From: Negaprion brevirostris
Lineage: Eukaryota
Reading direction: 5' to 3'
Length of the DNA: 64,000 nucleotides
Assembly (NCBI GenBank): GCA_030324005.1
Contig: JARDVH010000115.1
Coordinates: 66,771,277-66,835,276, forward strand
Shown: piece after piece, positions 1 through 11,277 of the stretch
Layout of the letters: each line of letters starts with the position of its first letter
How positions within the stretch are numbered: position 1 is the stretch's first letter
Translations under genes and position numbers: made by a program
The notes under the pieces: model-generated
The model's database searches: none
What the model saw: only the letters and a program-made list of their open reading frames with translations
Told to the model about the DNA's origin: nothing

Positions 1-1235
1 ATTTCTGTCCCAAGCCAGTTGCATAGCATGACCAACATTCGTTTTTTAAAAAATTTTGCAAGTATATGTAGCAAATGAGAATAGTTTTGGAACTACAACT
101 GCCCTACTCTCTAATCACCAGGTTCAGATCTACAACACAGGCCCACTCAAACAGATATATAGCAAAATGCACAGTACCACTATATTGAAGCGCCCATCTC
201 ACAAAGTTAGAGTTCTTTCTTCCTTCCTACACCATGGCGATGTCCAATCTGCATTTTGTTTATGTCAGCGAAGAACTCTGTAAACCTAGTCAACATTCAT
301 TAGCTTTTTCACCCCTCCCCCACAAGCTCCAAGACATTGAATAGCCAACTGGGCAGTGGTCCTGTAAGACACCATTACTCCTGGGCCAATAGCAATGCTA
401 ACATGAATTCANNNNNCATTCAGTAACATGTCCATTTTACATGATCTTTGCTCTTCACTTCAGACAAAGTAACCTCTGTATGAAGTGTTAGGATTCTTGT
501 GTTTTTTGTAAGTCATCTTGCTACTTCCTGGCCTACAGAGCAGCCATTGACAAAAACCTGGCACAGGATGCAACATATGTTGGTTTCTGAAAAGACTTAA
601 TCAAGCACTAAAAGAAAGAGGCACCTGCTTCTCTCACTGCTGCCAGCTGTTGAACTAGCTCAACTTTCCAAGTGTAAGGTCATTTTCAAACTCCACTCCA
701 TGAAAACATACCATTCATTATTTATTGTCAGTACTAGAATAAAACCACTGAGGATAGAGGATTCTGCCCAAAATGTCACAACCAACACCAATAGAAACTA
801 GAAGCAAAATTGACCAATTAATAATGTTCTCGACATTTCTATTTCATTAGAGATATTTCAGAGATTTAAGTTTCAGTAAATTGCACATTGACATTGTTAG
901 GATGGAACTGGTGATCAGGGTATTTTAGACAAGAAAGCTGTAAATTGACAAAAGGTCTGCTTGGTACAGGATTTGTCAGGAAACTAGTTCTGTTTTTATA
1001 ATAAGGGCTGTGACATCCTTTTAAAAAAAGTAGGAGCGTCTGACATGTGACCTCGTGTAGGCTTAATTTGATGAACTGAGCCTCTATCAATGGACTGCAA
1101 TGCTATTCAAAAATTGCCAGAAGTAAAAACAGAATATTAGGAAGACTAACCCCTCCCCCTGCCTGACCCGCCACAGAAAGTCCATTCCTTTCCCACCCCC
1201 AGGACCTATTGCAAAATGACTAATGACATCCAACT

Positions 1236-1489
1236 TGTCTCTGAACTGAGTTCCTGACCCCATATCCACTTCAAAAGGTAGGAGGAGCAGGTCTCTAATG
1301 TAATATCGCTCGNNNNNNNNNNNNNNNNNNNNNNNNNNNNNNNNNNNNNNNNNNNNNNNNNNNNNNNNNNNNNNNNNNNNNNNNNNNNNNNNNNNNNNNN
1401 NNNNNNNNNNNNTGTCTCTGAACTGAGTTCCTGACCCCATATCCACTTCAAAAGGTAGGAGGAGCAGGTCTCTAATGTAATATCGCTCG
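1236..1489. repeat. Exact 77-bp duplication on either side of a 100-N gap, probably an assembly artefact
   Basis: 1236-1312 is identical to 1413-1489 and both copies abut the gap. Confidence 0.85.
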
Positions 1490-2394
1490 CCACAGCCCAT
1501 CTGCTGCTGTAATCCTCATTTGTATTTTTGTTATCACCAGACACATGTATTTCAATGATCTCCTGGCCAGTTCACATGTTCCCCTCTCCATAAACTCGGG
1601 TTCACCCAAAACTATGCCAGCCATCTAGTTTGCACCAAATCCTATTTATCCTTCACACCAGTTTGATTACTTCAATTGGTGATCTGTCTCCTCCTCCCTC
1701 AAGGCCATACTAACCTGTTTCAAGATTCACCATTCTACGTATTCATCATTCATAAGAGTATTTACCAGTTTGTGCAACAGTCCCCCAGAAATGTTCAGTC
1801 ATCAGAATCAGTGCCTAAAATATTTCAAATCCTCTCCAATGGAAAACATTCCTTCCAAAAGAATTCACAACAATTTAGTTTTCTCACTAAAGACATGCAA
1901 TTGTCACTTAATTGTATTCAGCCGCAACAAAACTAGAAAAAGCTTGTAATTGCTCTTATCTGCTGCGCAATGACAACATGATGCAACAACTTAGAGTCAC
2001 ACTAGATAAAAAGGACTTTAATTCATTAATAGTCAAGGCATTTAAAATCACTTCTCTAACAGCTATTTCTTTTGGTGACCGCTGTTAAGTTTCAAGCCAC
2101 AAATAAATATTGTGGAGAATCTAGTTTACATTCCATCACACAAATGTTTTCCGTCCCAAATGCCAACTTCTAATGTGTTGTTGTTTCTTAGGCACTGATC
2201 ATCTTTTGCTCATTCTGCCCAAATTATTTTTCATTTATGAGCACAGACAGCAAACGTTAATGAAATACTCAGTGTTGCGACAGTATTACAGGCCAAGTCC
2301 GATTCAGTCTCGTCTGGAATCCATATACGTGCACATTGGGAACACTCTCTGACCTTTTTATTGTCCATCTCAGCCTGAAGTATTAATTAGGATC

Positions 2395-2557
2395 AGATGG
2401 TAGGCATGCCAAATTACTTGAGGTGGTTAGGAGAGATACCGGAAGCACTAAACACAACTTTCAAAAAGTCTTTGAGAATAGGAAGTGGTCTTGAGGGTAG
2501 CACAGGTCACAATCTTATTCAATGAATGGGAGTAATGCAAGTCAGGAATCATAGGCC
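2395..2557 (+). mobile_element. Old, highly decayed CR1 LINE RT-region fragment interrupted by a younger CR1
   Basis: Degenerate match to the CR1 ORF2 stretch PDGxHP...F.KG....GNYRP. It appears to resume just after 3650. Confidence 0.5.
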
Positions 2558-3650
2558 AACATAGAATATAGAACATAGAAAAACTACAGCACAAACAGGC
2601 CCTTCGGCCCACAAGTTACGCCAAACGTGTGCCTACGTACTAGGCTTATCTATCACCCTCTATCTTACTAAGTCCCATNNNNNNNNNNNNNNNNNNNNNN
2701 NNNNNNNNNNNNNNNNNNNNNNNNNNNNNNNNNNNNNNNNNNNNNNNNNNNNNNNNNNNNNNNNNNNNNNNNNNNNNNNNNNNNNNNNNNNNNNNNNNNN
2801 NNNNNNNNNNNNNNNNNNNNNNNNNNNNNNNNNNNNNNNNNNNNNNNNNNNNNNNNNNNNNNNNNNNNNNNNNNNNNNNNNNNNNNNNNNNNNNNNNNNN
2901 NNNNNNNNNNNNNNNNNNNNNNNNNNNNNNNNNNNNNNNNNNNNNNNNNNNNNNNNNNNNNNNNNNNNNNNNNNNNNNNNNNNNNNNNNNNNNNNNNNNN
3001 NNNNNNNNNNNNNNNNNNNNNNNNNNNNNNNNNNNNNNNNNNNNNNNNNNNNNNNNNNNNNNNNNNNNNNNNNNNNNNNNNNNNNNNNNNNNNNNNNNNN
3101 NNNNNNNNNNNNNNNNNNNNNNNNNNNNNNNNNNNNNNNNNNNNNNNNNNNNNNNNNNNNNNNNNNNNNNNNNNNNNNNNNNNNNNNNNNNNNNNNNNNN
3201 NNNNNNNNNNNNNNNNNNNNNNNNNNNNNNNNNNNNNNNNNNNNNNNNNNNNNNNNNNNNNNNNNNNNNNNAATATTATATTCCGTCATCCTATTTGACC
3301 TGCCAAAATGAATCACCACACACTTATCTGGGTTGAAGTCCATCTGCCTCTTCTCTGCCCAGTCTCGCATCCTATCTATGTCTCATTGCAACTTCTGACA
3401 TCCCTCCACATTACCCACAACACCTCCAATCTTTGTGTCATAAGGAAACTTACCAACCTATCCCTCCGCTCCCTCATCCAGGTCATTTATAAAAATCACA
3501 AACAGCAAGGGTCCCAGAACAGATCCCTGGGGCACTCCACTGGTGTTCGACGTCCATGCAGAAAAAGACCCATCTATAACCACTTTGCCTTCTGTGGGCA
3601 AGCCAGTTCTGGATCCACAAAGCAACATCCCCTTGGATCCCATGCCCAAC
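2558..3650 (-). mobile_element. 5'-truncated CR1 (HER1-like) LINE, 3' portion, spanning a gap
   Basis: Minus-strand peptides [24 protein letters not shown] and WAEKRQMDFNPDKCVVIHFGRSN are CR1 RT motifs. A CATAGAA-type tandem 3' tail lies at 2558-2580. Confidence 0.93.
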
Positions 3651-4529
3651 TTGTCTTACTTTGATTGTGGCTCAATTTAGTGAGGAGAAGTCTTAGGCCA
3701 GTCAGCAGGTAAAAGTACCTTTTAGTTTTTGCAACCAATTTTCAGTGCTGCTTTTTGAGTGCTGATGAAGCAGTTCCACAATATGGTGGGAAGCTAAAGC
3801 AAGCCAAGAGCCTTCATTTGCGTATTCAAAGGATCCAACACCTGCTTCACTCATGGGTAAAGAAGCCATGTTTATCATTACTCAAATTTGAAACAGATGA
3901 ATAAAAAAGGATAGGCAAAAAATGACAAATGAGGTGAGAGTGGACATATCCATTAGAAGGGCTAAATGGTTTTCTTATGCTGTAACTTCTAAAGCCAAAC
4001 ACAGCGAGTTGACTCAACTCAGCAGCTTCTTAAGATAGAACCAGAGGCCTATTCAACCTCGTATGCAATACTTTGGGTTGGTGGTAGAATAGTTCAGGTC
4101 ACAAACAATTTTCTTGACCATCACTCACCGACCCCCTTGCCCCCCACCCAAAACTTCCCCTTCAAGTATTACTGTAACATTCTAAAATTCATTCATGCCA
4201 ACTGGTCTCCATTGCAGAAATGAAGTCTAAAATTGGAACAGAGGAGACAGTTTTATCATGGTGTACAATTACATCTTGTGGAATTTGGATGGCGCTGCAC
4301 TCAGTAATTGCCTATATGGCACAGGACCACAGCATTTATTAACTTGCACTTGTGTCCTTTGAATTTTCTATAAGAAACAAGAAATTCCACCTCTGAACTG
4401 GGAAAATAATGACAATTCTGAAATACCATTATTTTAAAGCTAGCTGTAGGCTAAAAGTTGTCACATCCAGTGCAGCTCACATGTGAATACATGTTCTATG
4501 ACCTTTGTTCATGAAGTACTTTTGATGCA

Positions 4530-5500
4530 CTAATTCATGGAGTTATTGATTTTCTGGGCAACATCACCACTCTGATCAATGGACCAAATTTTATAATCAT
4601 AGCTGCAAAACTATAAAAACTGACAAAAGTAGAGGATGTGGTGAGGAATTCAGCATCACAGACTGGTTTGTAGAATGTCAGGAAGATGCATGTGCAACTT
4701 GAGATAATTGTGAAGTAATGCGCTTTAGGAGGTAAACCAAGGAATGAAAGCATACATTCAATAGAGAAATATTGAAGGTTAGAATTATAGAATTATAGTA
4801 CAGAAGGAGGCCATTCAGCCCACTGAGTCTGCACCAATTCTGAGTACCTTACGCATTCTCCCCACCCCCAAACCTTTTTCACGTGCATTAACCATGGCTA
4901 ATCCATCGAACTCGTACATTTTGGATACTAAGGGGCAATTTAGCACGATAAATTCACCTAACCTCGTGGGCAAGCAGAAACCTTGGATTGTGAAAGACAA
5001 ATAGCAGAATGTGTAAGTGCACGTAGCTAACTCCATTTTAAAAATTATCAAATCTTGATAAGTTATAAATAGTGGCAGGGGGTACTAGATTGAACAAATT
5101 ATGAAAACATAATTATGTTATCGTGAGAATAACGTGCAGCGACTTAGACATCCCATTACAAAAAGCGCATTAAAACCACAGGGATTCACCAGGGTCACAC
5201 CTAAGGTGCAAAAATATTTTCAGGTCAAGAAGAGATATAATGACTTTTTTAAAACTATAAAAAAAAGAGAAAGTAAAATGGGAAAGGCCGCTACCTCTAA
5301 TTGGGAAATAAATAACAAGAATTTAAATTGACAATCCCTCGTGATTAGGTTTCATAGAGCAATAGAACGCTTTGTCAAAGGAAGTAGCTGCAGTAGCGAC
5401 CATTGTAACCTTTCAGGGAAATCAGAGTAAGATATAGGACAATGGGAAGGGGAGTGGGACAGTGGGATTAATTTTGAATTGACAAGATGCGAGAAATGGC
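4530..5500 (+). mobile_element. Very decayed CR1 3' region interrupted by a SINE
   Basis: Remnant of the KCEVMHFGR-like motif near 4705-4740 and CR1-like 3' sequence at about 5050-5500. Confidence 0.45.
4782..4965 (-). mobile_element. HE1-type SINE, 3' half with CR1-derived tail
   Basis: Contains agaaggaggccattcagcccactgagtctgcacc and taaggggcaatttagca, shared with the full copies at 42805 and 55717. Confidence 0.8.
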
Positions 5501-5867
5501 TTCCTTCTTTTCAGTGAATTTCTATAGCTCTAATTTTAAAGAAGTCTATACAAGGAAGATCTTACCAACTGAAATTAGAGGTGCTCACAGCCAAACCGTT
5601 ATCAAAAGGTTAGCCATGTGCTCATCACTTTCTTTTCTCAAGGGGTTAGGGGATTCATGGTTTGCAACTTCTGGCATTAATTTCTGAAAAATGCTCTCTA
5701 TAACATCCATTTATTTATAGTGGAGCAAGCCAGCTGATGAACCCTTAGTTCAAAAAGTGGTTACGTGTTTTGTTACTTTTTTTAAAAAACAAAATGTTGT
5801 GCAGATTCAAAAGATATCAATGGAACTACTTGAACATATGCAATTGTGTTAAACTGGCTTCAAACAA

Positions 5868-6185
5868 AAATTTATATAACACTTTCACTTATATAACAAT
5901 TTTCAAAGTATAGCCAATGAAAGTTTTTGATGTAACCAGAAAAGCAGCCCTGTTCTTCCATGAAGCAGTGCCATGGCAATTTTTAGATCCACCAAGGAAG
6001 GAAATGGAGCATCAGATTAGCATTTCAGCTGAAAGACGGCACGTCTGATAGTGCAATGTTTCCCTAGTACTGCACTGAAGTCGGTTTTTTAGTATCCTGA
6101 TTTTTGTGCTCAAGACCTGGAGTCGGACTTGAACTCGGAACTTTGTGATTCAGAGGCAAGCAGGCGTCCAATTGAATTACAACTT
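5868..6185 (-). mobile_element. Deu-domain SINE (SacSINE1/AmnSINE1-like), decayed
   Basis: Reverse complement shows a tRNA-like head, cagtgcagtactaggga and a ccatggcact Deu-type core. Homologous to 7795-8237. Confidence 0.7.
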
Positions 6186-6597
6186 CAAAGAATTATTAAA
6201 AAAGCATCAAAGAATGAAAAACTGGGTGAAAGAGGAAAAAAAAAGAAATCAGGCATATTCTTATAGATCTACTCATGGAAAATCATTCAATGACTGCACT
6301 GAAATCAAAAGGCTGGCCAAAAACATTAAAATACTTTCAACTTGCAATCTTTAACTTTTGTTGTTTGTCAAGGACAAACTGGATCTAAACATGCATATTT
6401 TTAACCTAGCATAAAAGGGAACCTGGCACAGTATAAGTGAAGGCCAGAATTGCATTTCCAGTACATTGTATTGCATTTGTGTTCATAGCGGGAGCTCCCC
6501 TTTCCTCCAACATCTTTTTTAAGCCATCTGGTGCAGCATTCGCTGCTACTTCAGTGGCATGAATATGAAGGATAAAACAACTTAAAACCAGGACCAC

Positions 6598-7376
6598 TGA
6601 CAAGTATACTACAGTTACTGTACTCGAGAGAGGGGAATTGTAATAAGAATCAGATGTATGCTGAGTTTCAAAGTACGTAATTTAAAATTATTCGGCCATA
6701 TAAGAACGGTTACTTTTGTGGTTCTTCTTCAACTTTGGTACAAAAAAAACACTTCATGGCATGTCGGACTTCAATCACTTTTCCTTCCAACTCCTAACCC
6801 CGATTTCCATTATAGATGGCTATGGCTTGCTGCCTTCTTATGCAGCTCTGCCCATGTTTCAGCAGCAAGATTAGCTTTGCAATTCTCCACATGAAGCCAG
6901 AGGAAACCTAATCCCATAGAACAGCTGTTCTGTGCAGTTTGTTATGTCGCTCAACATTAATTTACTGTAATGGTCATAATATCAAATCCCTCCCTCTAGC
7001 TACCAGAAATATCACTGCTGGTTGGAGTCACTATTCACTTGACTTCTGCTGCTCCCAGTATTTGTTCTTCTCCTCAGGGTTTCAGGAACTTATAACATGA
7101 CAGCATTCGTGCGCAACAAGTGTTTTCACCCAAAGTATATATACTTGCATGGAGTGCACATTAATATGAATTGCGCTTATGATAATTGGAATTTTCAAAA
7201 GATTAGAGTATTCCGATGATACAAAACCAAAGGTTCTGGCTGTCATTAAGAAATCTGGTTCATTAAGATTTCTGATAATGGTCCATGATTGAGGTAAAAT
7301 CCATTCACTCCCTCCCACAATGACAAGTATACTACAGTTACTGCACTCGCGAGAGCAGAATTGTAATAAGAATCAG
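6598..7376 (+). repeat. 56-bp dispersed direct repeat (6598-6653 and 7321-7376)
   Basis: tgacaagtatactacagttactg.actcg.gagag..gaattgtaataagaatcag; 52 of 56 positions identical. Confidence 0.92.
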
Positions 7377-7595
7377 CTTCTTCCCTGCTGTCATCAGGCT
7401 TTTGACTAGTCCTACCACGTATTAAGCTGATCTTTCTCTTCACCCTATGTGAAACTGCAACACTATATTTTGCACCAGTACCCTGTCTTTCTCCTCATGT
7501 ACTTTATGAACAGTACCTTTTGTCTGTATAGCGTGCAAGAAGCAATACTTTTCATCGTGTCCCAGTACAAATAACAATAAATCAAATCAAACCAA
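7370..7595 (+). mobile_element. Rex1/Babar LINE 3' end
   Basis: Encodes SFFPAVIRLL (ORF2 C-terminus), then a 3' UTR matching 62280-62483 and a CAAAT-repeat tail. Confidence 0.8.
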
Positions 7596-7794
7596 ACAAT
7601 TGAGTTGCCTGTGTTCAACAGCTTTAATCATTCTTGGTGGATCAGGACTTTGGTCTTGGCTGAAAGATTGCACCCTTTTGTGTTCTTTCATCTTTACTTT
7701 CTTTCTGCAGCCTGCTGTATTTGTGAATTCTGGGCCAGTCCCACCTCAATGATATTATCTTCTTAACATGGGAGTCAAAGGGAAAAGAAAACTG

Positions 7795-8237
7795 TGCCAT
7801 CGGCTGTGGCTCAGGGGTAGAATTCTCACACGAGTCAGAATGTCGAGAGTTCAGCTCCAGAAATTTGAGCAAATGATCATGGCTGATGCTCCAGTATAGT
7901 ACCCGGGGAATACTGCACAGTCGGTGATATATTCCTGATGAGACTTTAAATCAACGCCACAACTGTTCTCTTGGGTGTACGCAAAATAGATTCCAAAACT
8001 CTATCCCAAAGAGGAAAAGGGGTGTTCTCCCCACTGTTCTAGTCGATATTTAAATCGCTCAACCAAAAACAAATAGTTTGATCATTATCATAATGCTGTT
8101 ATGAAAGCTTGTTGGACAAATTAGCAGTCACATTTTCCATATTACAGCAGTGACTACACTGCAAAGATATTACTGATTGTAAAACACTTGGGATATCCTG
8201 GGTCATGAAAGGCACAATGTAAATACAAATCTTTCTT
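7795..8237 (+). mobile_element. Near full-length Deu-domain SINE
   Basis: tRNA-like head (gtggctcaggggtag), Deu-type core, cagtgactacact and an L2-like tail gaaaggcacaatgtaaatacaaatctttc. Confidence 0.78.
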
Positions 8238-8454
8238 ACCAAGCGGCAAAGTCGGTACAATCAGCACAAGTGGCTTTTTCAATACTTAAAATTCACACTG
8301 CCCCACAGAAAGCACAACGCTTCAACCATCATACAAGCTGTGATATGTCAAGGACAGGAATTTTATTTTTGTAAATCAGTCACAGCTTTTTCTTTCCACA
8401 TATAAACTCAAGACCGTAATCAGAGGCAAGTGGCAAAACTAGTGCCACCAGTCA

Positions 8455-8763
8455 GTGCGGCATGGTGACAGAGTGGTTAGCACTGCTGCTTCACACTGCC
8501 AGAGTCCTGGGCTTGGTTCCCGGCTAGGGTCAGTGTCTTTGTGGGGTTTGCATGTTCTGCTTGTCTCTGTGTGGGTTTCCTCCGGGGGCTCCGGTTTCCT
8601 CCCGTGGTCCAAAAGATGTGCTGGTTAGGTGCACCTGGTCATGTTAAATTCTCTCTGTGTACCCAAACAGGTGCCGGAGTATGGTGACTAGTGGATTTTC
8701 ATAGTAACTTCATTGCAGTGTTAATGTAAGCCTACTTGTGACACTAATAAATAAACTTAAACT
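8455..8763 (+). mobile_element. Full-length HE1-like SINE with the alternative tail
   Basis: tRNA head gtggttagcactgctgc, V-domain gtgggtttcctccggg..ctccggtttcctccc, tail gtaagcctacttgtgacactaataaataaactt. Confidence 0.92.
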
Positions 8764-9854
8764 AGTCTGCATGTTCGTTCCCAGTTCCAAATGGCCACTG
8801 GCACAATTTTGCAAAAGTGGAATATTTGATGGGGTTGACAGAGTGGCAAAGATTGTTAATAGCCTATTAAAGGCAACTGGTATTTTCAAATCAGCCTCAA
8901 GGTAGACAGCAGAGACAGTTTAGCTACCTAGAAGCAGAAGACAGATTTAAACACTCCAGGTAGATAAGTCATGGAGGTCCTCCCTCCCTGTCTGGATGCT
9001 GCAGCACTCATACCTCTGCAAAAGCCATTTTTTTATTTTGCATTTTAAAAAAGTTGGCATGGGAGTACCCTCATTTGGAAATGTCCTCTCTCTATGTCCC
9101 AAACACACAGTTACTTGTCACCACAGGCTGTTGTTCTTTTCAAGCTGCAAGGCCTCTGATTCGCCCTCCAGCTCCACTCGTTTGTCTGCTGTCCGTCAGT
9201 AAGCCCACTCCCTGGTCATTAATTGACCTTGAAGGTTGGGCCATGTGAAGGTAAGGGAACAGGACCAAAAAACAGTCCCAACCCATCTTTTCTACAGCTG
9301 GAGAGGAAAACTCTGTCCAAGTTTTTTTCCGCCAGTTTCATATTGTGAATGGGATAACCGGGGAATTGGAATAAACAGAATTTGTTTTTTCCGACTCACT
9401 CATTTAAGAATCCCAATGTAAAGTGGCAGGCAACGCACCGAACCAAACCCGTATGGAACTGCACACCTACACGATTGCTGAATTCACTAGGGTCAGGGGA
9501 TAGTGGTGAATAATAATACACCTGCTTCCCAGAGAAAAAGAAAAAGAATCATCTGTGAGTTACATATCAAGTACCTCACTAACCCTCAACTGGGAGGGTT
9601 AAAGGGATTGCATGGTCCACGTTCTTCTTTAAAATGTGTGAATGCTGCTATATACTGTATACACCTATACATAAATATTTTATTTTTCTTTATTTCTTGG
9701 AAGATAAGGAACTAAATGGGATAGGACAGCAAGAGATTTGGGACTAAGGATGCTTTTTTTTAAAAAGCAGAAAACTTAATTGATAATGCCGCAAATCTGT
9801 ATGGAAAAATTGAGATTAATTTTTAGAGGGATAGATTACAAAAACAGGAGACAA

Positions 9855-10375
9855 AGATATTTAGACTAGATTTGGAGAACAGTGCTGTTCTGCTCTCCAT
9901 ACTGCAAAAGGAATGTTGAAACACTAGAGAAAGTGCAGAAAAAATTTACAACAATGTTGCTAGAACTGAAAAAAGGCAACTATCGGGTAGATTGAACCAT
10001 TTGGGGTTGATTTCTCTCAATGAGAGAAGCTCCAGAGGATAATTGGTAAAACTCTTCAAAATGAAGGAAAAGTTCAAAAGGATGGACATGTGAAACTGTT
10101 GCCATTTGTGGATGAATTCAAACAAGACAGTATTAAGATAGTCTCTAACTGATCTAAAGAGGAATTTGGAAATTTAGAAGACGTGGCTTTACAGAGTGGT
10201 GAAAATGTAGAACACGCTACCTGGCAGCACAAAACGAGGAGACTTGATGTATACGTAGATGAGGAACACAGGAAAAGGGGATACAGGACAATAAAAAAGT
10301 AGGTGGTTTGTGTGGAGTACAGCACTAAACGCCATTTGGGTTCAATGGTCTGTTTCTGTGCTACCAATTCTATAC
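9855..10375 (+). mobile_element. Decayed CR1 LINE 3' fragment
   Basis: Remnant LEKVQKKFTTML...LGLISL motif, ending in tgtttctgtgctaccaattctat. Confidence 0.75.
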
Positions 10376-10977
10376 AGGTTGTAGAATGGAAAAGCAGATT
10401 ATACAGAATGGTTTGCAAACCTTTTCAGTATCCTGTCAATGGTCCGGTACTGGTTGGCATCCGTTCTAGCTCTCTGACGGCAACAGTAGAACAAGGTGAT
10501 GAATTGAAATATCACACAGCATTAATGTGACAGATAGCCTTAACATGATTTAATCTATGCCATATGCGGAATTATGTATGTTGGAAGGGACTGAAATCAA
10601 ATCTGGGTAAATGTTGAATGAGTTGATTTGTGCCAATACACAAAGCAGACTTGTAAAAACACTGGGGTATATACAGTCACAGTCAGCTGCTCACTGCTAC
10701 ATGCTCTAGCACTTAACTCTGAAAAAGACCCTGGGCCTCCTGTACAACTCTATTAAAACCAAAGGAAGAATGAGAAGCATTGCTGTCATTTTCCTTTGAT
10801 CAGTAACATTATTGGCCAAGAATCTCTTTGTTAAAGTCATTTTCTTTAGTGCAAAGATAATCAGATAGCCAATCTCTAATCCCACTGGTTCAGCCTGCGT
10901 CCCTCAGCGGTGTCTGATTCTGATATACTTGAAACGGAGAATTAAAGCCCATCTCATATCACCATCCAACATACTAC

Positions 10978-11240
10978 TTTGATTTATTACTGTCACATGT
11001 ATTAGTATACAGTGAGAAGTATTGTTTCTTGTGCGCTATACAAAGCATACCATTCATAGAGAAGGAAAGGAGAATGCAGAATGTAGGGTTACAGTCACAG
11101 CTAGGGTGTAGGCTGAGAGTTTAAAAGAATTAGAATAAAGTTTTAGAAGCATAGAAGGGGAGTAAAAGATAGAATTAAAGAGTATGCTGGGCACAGCTTG
11201 CAAGTCTCTGCCATGTTCTGGTGCCATCTTGGTTCTCCAC
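10978..11240 (-). mobile_element. Rex1/Babar 3' end (10978-11110) joined to a probable element 5' end (11110-11240)
   Basis: The 3' part matches the Rex tails at 54065 and 62340-62483. The adjacent segment starts, on the minus strand, ggagaaccaagatggcacc. Confidence 0.65.
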
Positions 11241-11277
11241 TGGTGATATAGCTGCAGTAGGTTTCAGCCATATCAGA

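Noticed and set aside
1087-1544. ORFs containing an apparently repeated peptide (ERYYIRDLLLLPFEVDMGSGTQFRD twice)
   Set aside because: Caused by the exact duplication across an N gap, most likely an unmerged contig overlap.
2660-3370. 236-aa ORF
   Set aside because: Mostly Ns; the real part is a CR1 fragment.
8455-8530. tRNA-like sequences at SINE heads
   Set aside because: They continue directly into SINE bodies and have degenerate A/B boxes, so they are not tRNA genes.
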